This document shows positions 11,801 through 22,700 of a stretch of DNA of 64,000 nucleotides, piece after piece. Under the pieces are notes generated by a model. That model searched no databases. It had not been told where the DNA came from and saw nothing but the letters and a program-made list of their open reading frames with translations. The number at the start of each line of letters is the position of its first letter. Position 1 is the first letter of the stretch. The position numbers were made by a program, and so were the translations under genes. The DNA is from Lingula anatina (Eukaryota; Animalia; Brachiopoda), in assembly GCA_051362555.1 (NCBI GenBank), contig CM120646.1, forward strand, positions 8,680,001 to 8,744,000. Reading direction: 5' to 3'.

Positions 11801-14800
11801 CAGGGCCAGAACTGTGGAACACAGAGCAAGGAAATGGTAAGGTTAGACTAGCAGGCCGCAGGATCAGAATTCTGGAACACATAGCAAGGAAATAGTAAGG
11901 TTAGACTAGCAGACCAAAGGGCCAGAACTGTGCAACACAGAGCAAGGAAATGTTAAGGTTAGACCCCATTCCCATAGATTTTAGATCTATCTATCCCTGT
12001 GGGGAGTCTCACTAGATTACTGTCAGCTTAGCCGGCTTAAGTGTCTGTCCCGCCTACTAAAAGCTGTAAAGGGGTAATTAACTATGGTGCGCGCTCGGGT
12101 GACTGCAATTTACCGTGAACCCCCAGGGAGTTAGTTCGATCTAAATCTAAATCTCTGGATCAATCTTAATCTCTGAGATTGCACCCTTAGACTAGCAGGC
12201 CTCAGGGCTAGAACTCTGGAATACAGAGCAAAGAAATGGTAAGGTAAGACTAGCAGGCCACTGGGCCAGAACTGTGGAACACAGAGTAAGGGTATGGTAA
12301 GCTTTGACTAGCAGGTCACAGGGCCAGAACTCTGGAAAACAGAGCAAGGGTGTGGTAATGTTAGACTAGCAGGTCACAAGGCCAGAACTCTGGAAAACAG
12401 AGCAAGGGTGTGGTAATGTTAGACTAGCAGGTCCCAGGGCCAGAACTCTGGAACACAGAGCAAGGGTGTGGTAATGTTAGACTAGCAGGTCCCAGGGCCA
12501 GAACTCTGGAACACAGAGCAAGGGTGTGGTAATGTTAGACTAGCAGGTCACAGGGCCAGAACTCTGGAAAACAGAGCAAGGGTGTGGTAATGTAAGACTA
12601 GCAGGTCACAGGGCCAGAACTCTGGAACACAGAGCAAGGGTATGGTAATGTTAGACTAGCAGGTCCCAGGGCCAGAACTCTGGAACACAGAGCAAGGGTG
12701 TGGTAATGTTAGACTAGCAGGCCACAGGGCTAGAACTGTGGAACACAGAGCAGGAAATGGTAACGTAAGACTAGCAGGTCACAGGGCCAGAACTCTGGAA
12801 CACAGATCAAGGGTATGGTAATGTTAGACTAGCAGGTCACAGGGCCAGAACTCTTGGAACACCGAGTAAAAACTTGCATTTCAAAAGCTATTTATCTGTT
12901 ATCCAAAACAAATGCAGTGATTTAGTTTTTGTCTAACCCTGTCTGTAAAAACCTTTCAGTGGTTATTTGTTTCAGTGCATGCCTTTCTTAATAAAATCTT
13001 GAACTATGTGCCAACTTGAAGCTGTTTTTATCTTCAGGCAGACAAATCGTGTGGGACAGAACCAGAGAGCCCAAGGTCAAGGTCAGCCCCATCCAGCCCT
13101 AAAAGAGCACACCAAGGTTTATCAGCCGCACCCCAGAGACAAGAAGGAACCCCTAGGGCTAGTCATGCCCATTCTGCCCCCTCTAGCCCTATTGCCAGCC
13201 CAAGTGTGCAGAGGAAGCAATGTGACAGGGGAAGTGTGTCACCCCACTTTCATCTGCTCTGTGATATTCTGCCTTGTCCACACAGTCCTAAAATATGCCC
13301 TGAAGATGGCAGCAGCTCCCAGATATCTAGTCAAGAGCAACCAGAAAGGGAACTTGAGTCTCATTTGAGTGACAGTGAAATAACACGTAATTGTACTTCC
13401 TCTGCTGCAAATAGAAAATGTAAAGGCAGGAGTAGGAATCTCATAAAATACTTTGATGAAAGTGATAATGTCCAAAAGGAAAAGCAATCCAAGACAGAAA
13501 CTGATACTTATCTGCCTCCACTGTTACATGGAAATATGACTGACAAACCTTGTAATGAAAAATATGGCAAGCAAACTCCAAAAAAACATTTAAAGGAAAA
13601 AAACTATACTTTAAAAGAAAATTATGTCAATAAAAACTTGAAAAATGAACCCATTAAAAGTACCAGATATAAGGAGATAAGCAGAAGTGCCAACAGTATA
13701 GGTAGATCACAGTGTTCTAGGTCAATGAAAAAGAATGGTATGCCACACCCAACACTAGCCAGCAGTCCCAGACACAGGACCAAAGTTGATGTTTTGCAGT
13801 CAGCCATTGGAAAGGTGATACCACTTTCACATCAAAGTAATTCTTTCTTTTTATGATTGCAGTAGATGAATACATATTACCTCAAGGTGCAGTAGACTGC
13901 CAGGTTTTTAACCTAATATCAACATGAAAGGACTTCATCAGGTGTAGATGACCTCTATTTATCTTGAGGTCATTGGGTCAAAGGTCAAGATCACAGCGAC
14001 ATTCAACACAAAAGCATTGTCTAACCAATAAATAGAAAAAGGTTTGCCCTGCTGGGGGGCATCTGTGTTTGACAAGCACCTTTTGTTTTTACTTGTTATG
14101 AATGCGATGCCAGTAACCTGATGAATAACTCTGCTTTACAATTTGGTATTAACTTGCAGGCTGTCAGTGACCATTTGTTTCGCAATTCCACAGCCAGCAG
14201 TTCCAGTTCTGGGGCATGCCCAGCAGAGCAGTCTGAGGAAGGTAAGGGGACACACACACAGTCACCTCTAACACAACTGAAATGTTTTGCATCTTTACCT
14301 CGAGTCACATTTTGTTTTCCCCCATTTGCTGAATGTTTCTGTCTATGACTGTCTGAGTTAACCTATTTTATTTGTAAACTTTGCAGCAGCATCTGATACT
14401 GGAATCCATCTTTTATTTCAGAAATCAGCGTGGAGTTGTCAACTGATGACAGCGAATTTCATGAGGATGAATTACTTCAGATGTTGAGGTCCAGAAGAAG
14501 GCATTATGAGAGTCAGCTGAGGTAGAATTGAAATTTTTGCCACAATTGTAAACATTCAAAAATTTTATTGCACCCCAAAGTGAAGCATATTTTTGGCCAT
14601 GATACTGAATTGTGGAGACTTAACAAAACACGCATGTTCTCAGCATGTTGGTTGAAGTAGAAATTAGGTATATGCAGCAGATGTGGTGTATTAAGATACT
14701 TGTATATGGGCATTTTTACAATCCTGGGCACTTTTCAGATTTTCCCACATATTGCTAATTAACAAATTACATACATATGATCAAAGAATTCTTTTATCAC

Positions 14801-17768
14801 TATGTTAGAGAATGGTGTAAGTGAAGATAAACACTGAAAATAGAAACCAAATATCACCACCGAGTCCGAAGTTATGCTAAAGCAAAGTCCGAAAAATGAC
14901 CAATAATTTTTCCCGTTTTAGTGATATGAAATAAAAAGCAATCTGAAATAAATTAAAACAGTGTTTGACATTGCATTTTTTTGGATTATAAAACACTCAG
15001 TAGTATGGTGGAAGCAAAAAAGTTTAAATATTGACAAGAGAGAGGTGTATCCTAGAAAAAAAGTCTTTTAATGGCATGCTGGTATTTCCGTTAAACGAAA
15101 TGTCCATTCCGAAACAAAAATAAATTACTTTCAGAAAATATATCATAAAACATACAGTATAATTAACCATACTAATCATTATTTGGATGTATTGGTATTG
15201 TTTGTATCAAATAATGAAATCTGCAAGATGATCCTGGAGCTTGACATGGAGTGCAAAATAACCCTACTGTGTTTTTCCGTTAAATTTGTCCATTCCGAAA
15301 CACTGGGTTTCTCTTACATAAAAAGAACATGTTGACACCTAGCCTGTAACAATATATATCTCTCTAAAGCCCAGGACATGTGATATTTATTTTTATATAA
15401 GAAAACCCCAGTGCACAGAAACACATTTAATTGTGGCCTTTTTTGAGATACTTGTTAAAAATTGTCCATTCCGAAACAAAGTACCTTTACATTGCCAATG
15501 TTATAAACAGAGAGAATGCTGTCTTTAATGCTGTATGTTTCACTTGACATAAGCAAATTACTGTTAGAGCATCATGCATATGACATAAAAATAATAGAAA
15601 AACATTTCTTCAATGGTATCTTTTTAAATTTCTATATATATCCTCAACAAAAAAATTCATTTTTGCGAGACAGCATCTTTTCTTTGGATCTACTAGAACT
15701 TCCATTGCATATTTTCCCAAAGTTCATGTATTTCAAAGTTGAATTAACAATTAACTGAAGAGATTATATCAGTATAAATAGAAATAAAGGCAATTTGGAT
15801 GCTTTGTATCGGAAAGGACATTTTTTAACACATTGTCTAAAACACTTGTTTACTCTTTGGTCTGCTCATTTATTATTCATGAGGAAGAGGATGATGGGAA
15901 GCACATCAAATTTATGTAGAATATAATTTTGAATAATATGGCTTACCTTACTTTAAATATTTCTTACTTATGATGTACATAAAAGTATTCGAAAATAGTT
16001 ATGAGGCTACACATGTTAAAGTTGCGAGAGTCAGTTCACTGGCACGGTTTACAGAGGTGCTTGCAGGCAGACACAGGTTATAATTAACTTCCTGTGATTA
16101 TTTATAACATATACATACATCATTATATATATATATATATAATTTAAGCAATTTCGTAAATGTTAAATAAATGTCCATTCCGAAACACAGGACATATGCC
16201 TAAAAGGACATATTTAAAAATGTAATTACTAAATTTAAACCTGGACTTGTCAAATAATATTTTATACAGCTATGAGCTGTAACAAAAGGAAGTAGAATAG
16301 GGTATAATGGAGTGTAGAAGACTCTATTTTATGTCATGATCAAATACTAATGGAGTAACATTTAAAAAAAGAATCAAAAACTTTCCAAAATGACCAATTA
16401 ATGTAATAAAAACAGTTCAGTTTTAATCTAGTTAACTCATATTTTGTCCAATAATTGCTTCACCTGTACCTTGTAAACCAACGTACTATGAGATTTAAGT
16501 GAAATTTCATAAATGTAAAATAAATGTCCATTCCGAAACAAGGACATGTCTAAAAGGACATATTTTTAAACATGTCTTTACTGTTGGTAAATCTGACATT
16601 GTCAAATAAGATTTTATACAGCTATGAACTGTAACAAAAGAAACTGGAATAAGGTATAATGGCGTAAAGAATACCTGGAATATATCTCAGAATCAATATT
16701 TAATAAAATAAAATTCCAGTAATGAATTACTAGTACAGAATAGACAAAACAAGCACAAAATGTAATAAAAAGACTTCAATTTTAGTTCAGCTTCCACCTA
16801 TTTTGTCCAGTTATTCATAGACTTTACCTAAAACTTATAAACTCAGATACTACTTTATAAAAACAATATCATAAATGTTAAAAAAAATGTCCTTTCCGAA
16901 ACAGGGATGTTTCGGAAAGGACATTTATTTTAACATGACACTGCAATTAGCACACATGTCTGTGCAAAATAATATTTTACACAATCATGAAGCATAACAT
17001 AAAGAACTAATGCAAGGTAAAGTGAAGTACAGAAGTCCTCGGAATATCTCAGAATCAAAAACTTCATAGAGTCACATTTAATACTGAAACAGGAAAATTA
17101 CAAAATATCATTGATTCGTCAAATTTTGGATATTTTCATCCATTTTTTTTGCAAATACATAAAAGAGCAATACTCTCTGAGTAAAACTAAGTGGTTTTTT
17201 GGAGATCAATACCTTAAATTATCATAAAAGTCACACACTTCAAGGTTTAGCTTATGAAAATTAAAAAAATGATTTTCAAAATTCAAATAATCATATCTTT
17301 ATACATACACAAGGTTTTATCTCGGGATTGTCATTTCTTATACCCTTCAGGTCTATACTTTCAAGAAAAGTACAAATTTCAACACAATAATGATTTCTAT
17401 TTTTGGCCCTTGGTGGGAAAAAAAGGAGCCCAGGATTGTAAAAATGCCCATATCTGTAACTTAACTAAAGACAATGTTTCATATTGTATATATCATTCAT
17501 TGTGTTCAATGTATTAATATGTATTAATTCTATTTACAATGACACATGCTGTATTTTTGCATGACCAAGAGATAAAAAGTTTTCCACATTGTTTTGTTTG
17601 TCAAGGGAGGTGAATTGGGGGGGGGGGGGGGGGGGGGGCGGCACAGTCCCTGTGATCCTGCAGACCATGCTTGTCCATGTACCATTACTTTTTTCTGTTC
17701 ATCACTTCTCTAGGGAGATTGATAATCTACTGGAACACCACTTCAGAGGAAGAGAGGGGCAACCATGA
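350..17768 (+). CDS. PROSER3: Proline- and serine-rich protein 3-like, 5'-partial. Exons 350-435, 9546-9646, 11015-11184, 11431-11562, 13038-13814, 14160-14241, 14422-14521, 17714-17768 (TGA)
   Basis: All introns are GT-AG with matching phases (2,1,0,0,0,1,2). The joined protein contains LQEKTDRLLERS-ASSSDAIVSTVGLGSS, DQDILQQWRARRRLDQ (PROSER3 DDILxQWRxRRKLE-type motif) and C-terminal DDSEFHEDELLQMLRSRRRHYESQLREID (cf. PROSER3 DSDGxEFxDDPVLQVLR). AATAAA at 17946. The acceptor used for exon 2 is uncertain (see findings). Confidence 0.8.
600..848. mobile_element. Diverged relative of the palindromic Tourist-like MITE family
   Basis: Shares aagctg..ggggtaattaa, gcaatttagc..aacccc and gatcgatc blocks with the copies at 5322, 11962 and 40015. 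Confidence 0.45.
1627..3038 (-). CDS. Double-hotdog acyl-CoA/acyl-ACP thioesterase-like protein, paralog A. Exons 3038-2927, 2536-2332, 2170-1627
   Basis: GT-AG junctions with phases 1 and 2 join three ORF-track fragments. Catalytic-type motif SDTDENGHTNQAVY, then LYTRET (cf. FatA/FatB DxNxHVNNxxY...YRREC). C-terminus SNL. Start codon uncertain. Confidence 0.8.
2561..2890. repeat. (TA)n tracts 2561-2608 and 2775-2821, (CT)n tract 2862-2890, intronic
   Basis: Read directly from the sequence. Confidence 0.95.
5322..5749. mobile_element. Two adjacent, oppositely oriented PIF/Harbinger (Tourist-like) MITEs, 5322-5535 and 5539-5749
   Basis: TIR-like ends CATTCCCA...TGGGAATG with TTA/TAA/TAG junctions. 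The core ggggagtctcactagattactgtcag is forward in copy 1 and reverse-complemented in copy 2. Confidence 0.75.
5965..7526 (-). CDS. Double-hotdog acyl-CoA/acyl-ACP thioesterase-like protein, paralog B. Exons 7526-7409, 7062-6858, 6523-5965
   Basis: Same intron positions and phases (1,2) as paralog A. Motifs LPGIAYGDFD, FESAR, SNIDHNGHVNQSIY and YLSES. C-terminus AKL. Start codon uncertain. Confidence 0.82.
9040..9570 (+). repeat. 42-bp minisatellite (about 12.6 units) spanning a PROSER3 3' splice site
   Basis: Unit ttgttttatatttccAG|tgccagttctagtgatgctatagtc with an exact 42-nt period. Confidence 0.95.
9836..9981. mobile_element. Short MITE with 5-bp TSD (hAT5-like)
   Basis: TIRs CTGGGGTAGCGCTA / TAGTGCTACCCCAG, flanked on both sides by ATAGA. 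Confidence 0.7.
10365..10945. repeat. Dispersed repeat fragment homologous to about 40780-41370
   Basis: Shared collinear blocks such as tttaatggcaccattta, ttgttgataaagca and aattagatgcaggaaaaa..ctcattt..ggtatctgg. Confidence 0.7.
11513..12870 (+). repeat. 58-bp minisatellite (about 20 units, two of 50 bp) spanning a PROSER3 5' splice site, interrupted by a MITE
   Basis: Unit agactagcaggtcacagggccagaactctggaacacagagcaagg..tg|GTaatgtt. The first unit is the end of exon 11431-11562. Confidence 0.95.
11962..12186. mobile_element. Tourist-like MITE inserted in the minisatellite, TTA target-site duplication
   Basis: The empty site in neighbouring units (ggTTAgact) shows TTA duplicated at 11959-11961 and 12187-12189. 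Confidence 0.85.
13900..14088 (+). mobile_element. Helentron/HINE-like non-autonomous fragment
   Basis: ggtcattgggtcaaaggtcaagatcac core, with a 3' ggggggcatc followed by a gtgtttgacaagcac hairpin and a T-rich end. Confidence 0.5.
14708..17449. mobile_element. 2.7-kb non-autonomous TIR DNA transposon in the last PROSER3 intron
   Basis: TIRs GGGCATTTTTACAATCCTGGGC / GCCCAGGATTGTAAAAATGCCC with ATAT on both sides. Internal reiterated TGTCCATTCCGAAACA motif and roughly 350-bp subrepeats. Confidence 0.85.
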
Positions 17769-18767
17769 AGACCGCAAGCCAGTTCAGAGATGGGACATCA
17801 ATGGCAAGGAAGTGAGGAACAGTTGAAATGCATCCAATTCCATGTCAAGTGACTGCTGTACATTTGATATAATTGAAGTGACAAAGTGGACTTTTGGGGA
17901 TTTCAATTACAAGAAGCAGCATTGGACACATTTATCTGATATAGAAATAAAGATCTGATACCAGTGTTAGTAGTAGGAAACCATGCTGAGATAAATGTTT
18001 GAGTCCAAAGTTATTTATAAATTTAGTACTGAAATACTTGAATACACTGAGGTAGAACAGATCTGCTGTACTTCCTTATGACAATGGAGGACTTTGAAAA
18101 GCTACTCCACAGCTTTTGACTTGTCATTGCATTGTTTGTTTGTTTTACTTTGTTTTGTTTTTTATTTGGCCAAATAGTTCTTTAGTCCTTCAAACTTAAC
18201 ATCATGAGGAATGTTAAAAAAATTGTCATAACAGGTTTTTTTCTTCTGTGTGTTACAATGAAAAAAAATTGTTTCCTCAAGGACAATACCAAGGTAAAGG
18301 CAATAATGACATATTATTTATTAAATAGGCTCTCATATTGGTTTTGTGCATTAAACAATTATCTAATTTTTACAAAATATATCATTTTAAGCTACAAAAG
18401 TGTTCTTTCTAACACCTTTCAGAACAGAACTTCCATATCATTGCTCACAAAAAATTCTCTTAAAAATGTAATCAGTTTTAAGCGCCTAACATTTAATTGC
18501 AGTAAGCTACAAGGTGTTTCATCCTAATCAGTTTTCATGTTGACAAAATATATCATTTTATGCTCTTTAGTTCTTAAGTCCTCCAAACTTAACATCATGA
18601 CACAAACTGGCATACAGCTCATAAAAATATTTGGAGACAAACTTCTGGTGATCCTGAGCAAAATGGATGTGTTAAACACTTTTAACATCAAGTGGTGTAT
18701 AAAACTGCACTGATTCACTTCAGGAGATTGACAAATTGCTTAGGTATTAGAAAGATAGTCACATTAA

Positions 18768-18770
<3 letters not shown>

Positions 18771-18821
<51 letters not shown>
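18771..18821. repeat. (TA)n microsatellite
   Basis: Read directly from the sequence. Confidence 0.95.
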
Positions 18822-18824
<3 letters not shown>

Positions 18825-19564
18825 GATATAAATGCTATGCAGTTTTCATATTAATCAAGTGTTATAATAAAAGTTTTACATGCATAACACCAATATTAGA
18901 GATGTTTGTTGTGAATTTCAAGATTGAGGCATGTTCTTTTATATGTAATGATTCGTATATTCAACTCAAAAGTTGAAGCAATGTCAGATTGAAGGTTAAC
19001 ACAAGTGCCTCTTGGATATACTTCATTTTTATTTTATTTTCATGATGACTAGGGACAGCAAGGTTGTGTTTATTATTGGTATGTTGCATGCACACCATGG
19101 AAGACTGCTTGAGTAAGTCTAATTTACTAAGTGGTTGTCTGACATACAAGGATCACATCTGACAGACTAAGATAATGGACTGCATTGGCCGAGGAATGAC
19201 ACAAGATCGTTGGAAATTGGAAAACAACCTTTTTTTTTTTTTTTTTTTTTTTTTTGCAAATTCTGCCAGCTAGATATCAGTTTAACACTGACTGTGGTTA
19301 TTTATTTGAAATAATCTGAGGAAGTGTATATTGTACCACCAACTATTATTTTTGGTTGGGATGGCATACTTTTATACAATTTAGTAGGCTTTTTAAAGAA
19401 CTGTTTAACATCCCTTTTCTGTTGAGCCAAAGAAATTATTATGCCCCCAGTAATACTTTATAATCACAACAGAAATATCCTCAAGAATTGGACTAATTAA
19501 AACAAAAATTGACCAATTGAAAAATGACTAATCCAACCATATCAATAGAAATAAGAAGAACAAT

Positions 19565-19760
19565 CATACACTACTACATGGGACCAATAATATATGGCTG
19601 ATAAAACATAAAACGTCTGGAAGATAGAAAAGAAGAAACCTGAGTCAGTAGAGATGTGCCTTAGAGAAGGATGCTGCGCGTGCACCATGGCCTGACAGAA
19701 AAGTGAATGAGTGCATTCAGAACCAGTTGATCTGCAGACTAAGTATGGCCTAGATTTAAT
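19565..19760 (+). mobile_element. Decayed RTE-like LINE fragment
   Basis: Frameshifted translation ESVEMC..RRMLRV..WPDRKVNE resembles the RTE post-RT motif AFEMWCxRRMLRIxWTDxVTN. Confidence 0.55.
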
Positions 19761-22700
19761 CCTTTTAATGACGCGTGTGGAGGCAGGGAGACCATCAGGG
19801 AATTAAGCTGCTTGCTTCAAAGCTGGGTCGGCCATATTAAGTCGACGGATCAGTTAGTCCACGGATCATCTGTTAATGCGCTCAACGAAACTTTCCTTAT
19901 AGGGCAAACAAATATACATGTACCAACCGAACCCCCATGGCTTTCTCTCATAGGATAATGCCCGTGTTGTGTGAACTGTTGAGTTCCATTGTATACAAGG
20001 GTTTTTTTTAAAGAAAAAATAAAAGATGTGTCGATACAGAACTGCACCAAGTATCTGTGACATCCAGGAAAACAACAAGGCTGTTAACAGTGTTGAACCA
20101 AGGAAAAATTTCATGTACCTCCTTGGTAACACGTACTTCTTTTAGACAGGCCGTACCCGATGTTGATGTGAACATTGCTGATTTTTTGGAGAACTTTTTA
20201 AAAACCCTTGCCATCCATGTTGAATCAGTTTATTTGTTTTTTTTGTCTGTATATGTGCCGTTTTTGTTGTCTAGTTTTCAGTTTTTTTCTGTAATTTAAT
20301 ACAGCGAATGCAGGCATGAAAATGAATTCCAAACAATAGGCGAAATTTATTCTACGTGATTTTTTAACCAAGAAAAATGAATTGTTGTTGAAGATTTTAG
20401 GTATTTGTTCTTTGATCCAAGAGGTATGCGATGTATGTGGCTATGTTGTAATCGTGTGATCACGCGTATGCCCCATTACATCAACATATTGTAGACATTT
20501 TTATCTTTAATGTGCCACATGTCTCGCGATGTTATTACTTAATACCACACATTCCACACCTCCTTGAATTTGAACAATTCGGAAGAACTATACTTTTTAA
20601 GGTTTCTTGTTCACACAAGTCCAAATACAGTATATTATGTAACGCTGGAAGCCATTTTCTAAATCACATGACAAGAATTTTTGATAACAGTGATGCTCAA
20701 TTTCGATAATCATTGACTCAAGTCCAAAATTAGACATGAAACTCAAGCCTGGTACTTCGACACTATGGTGTTCAAACAAAGCCGACTTGACTAAAACTGA
20801 AATATCGGTAATAATATAACGTTAGATCTAGACATGTGCATGAAGTTGATTGGGCGACTATTTCAACTCTAAACAACTTGTTTTAAACAGTTAGTTGCTC
20901 TATCCCTTTATTGCGATCTAGATTCATCTTAAGAAATGCATTTACTTACAGAGAAATTCTTTCTCAAAAATATGGCACTAATCGCTGGTTTTAAAAGGAA
21001 TTACAGTCGATCATTCTCCATTCTTATACCGTTCCTAACTTGTTTCATGTCCTTCCGTCTTTTTTTGTTTCAAAAATACCTTCAATGATAAAAGACAACA
21101 CATGTAAAATGGGAAATTTTTGCCTTCGAAAGAAAACGGATCACAAGAAATATCTGTTTGTAAGCTTGTTGAACACGATGCTTATATTTTATTTCTCAGA
21201 AGCAGGCTTTGATTTCTCACAGGTTTTTAAGTGCAGGTTCCTGTTGACGCTCCTGCACTTCCTTAGGGTCAACCGGTGCAGAACAATAATTGATTAGTTC
21301 GGCATAAGAAGGAACGCTAATCCAATAATTGCTCTACACAATCACACGGACACTTGTCCAAATAACAGATAATTGTTAAGTGCCCAGATTACCGAGCGTG
21401 TGTGTTTTAGCTATTATACGAGGGCAGGGGGCTGGTTATGCCAATGCATAGACCAGGCAAACCAAGGCAGGCAACTTTTTACAAATGATTGTAAAAGCCA
21501 TTGATTTTTTCCTTTTCTTGTTTTCCTTTGTTATTAATCGCTTGTCACGCAATTTGTTTTTGTTTTCTTTTACCTGGCAATATTACTGCAATATTTCACA
21601 GCCACGAAACACTACTACTCCTTTGATTTACCTTTTCACATTTGTTCATATTTTACTTATTCTGACTAGAATAGGACACATTTTGCTTGAGACGGTGGTA
21701 TTTTTATGAAGTCGGTTTAAGATGACTAAAAAGCTGGAGAAATATTGTTAATAAAGATACATTCATTGACAAAACGAGAAAATGACAGAAGTTACTAAAA
21801 AAAAACACTTATGCTTTGCTTGTTTTTATTTTTCTTACATGCAAAAACTATAAATGCAGGGGAAACGAAGAACAGTATAAGCGAACGCTTTACTAGGGTA
21901 TTTTTTCAAACCATCTCGTAAACTAAAATCGAATCGAACAGAAAACGCCTAATGCAAGTATAAATCCGTTTTCAGGTGCTTTTATGTGGTCTTCTAAGGT
22001 GAGGTTGTAAATTGAAATCAGGAAAACTGCCTGGTCAGCGAGGTAATTACACGCCCTTAGTTGCCTGGAAGTGGTGTTAATTGGTATTGCCCAATTAATG
22101 GAAACAATTTTCATTTTCATCTGATTTCCCTCATTCAGATATTAAAGATGAGTTTGAAACATCTTAATGGGCTTTGAATGAAAATGATGAATGTTGATGC
22201 AAAGCAACGTATTTAATCTTTATTTTATAATTTTATATTTTTACATGTTATTATAAAAAGATACTTCCTGAATTGATAAATTGATGCTATTAACATGTAT
22301 ATATTTGAGAGAATAAAAAACTTGCTATATTGGTTCCGTCAGTGTGTATTATCAACCTCTGAGGCAACAGTTATTTGGTAAGCGGCCCTGACCAAGCCTA
22401 GCGTCATCGACGATGTGCTTGACGAACTGTTCGAGCGCTTGCACAACACGAAACAAGAGATTGGCGTAAGAGTAACCGGACGGTTTGTTATCAAAGTCCG
22501 GTTTGAATCATCATTTCCTTGGGCCTTGGACATTTTTCTCTCACTTGTACTAACATTTCTCTGGTGCAGGTCTGCCTGTACTGCCGTGAACCCTGAACAA
22601 CAAGAAATAATAACGACCCAATACCTTCTGTTCTAGGGGAAGTTCACTTCTTGGGATTATCATCTCCAACTAGAACTGAAAAAAATAGAGGAGACTTGTT

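Noticed and set aside
9040-12870. Repeat arrays as CRISPR-like loci
   Set aside because: Units are head-to-tail with no unique spacers, there are no cas genes and the context is eukaryotic.
11563-12870. 58-bp units as Dscam-like mutually exclusive mini-exons
   Set aside because: Each GT is only about 10 nt from the next AG, with no pyrimidine tract or branch point, and the units contain stop codons.
14384-14421. NAGNAG acceptor (cagcag) as the start of the penultimate PROSER3 exon
   Set aside because: It gives a frame that stops prematurely. The acceptor at 14421 yields the conserved EFHEDELLQMLR motif.
22415-22636. 73-aa plus-strand ORF LDELFERLHNTKQEIG
   Set aside because: It starts with GTG, has no recognisable domain and has no supported splice partners.
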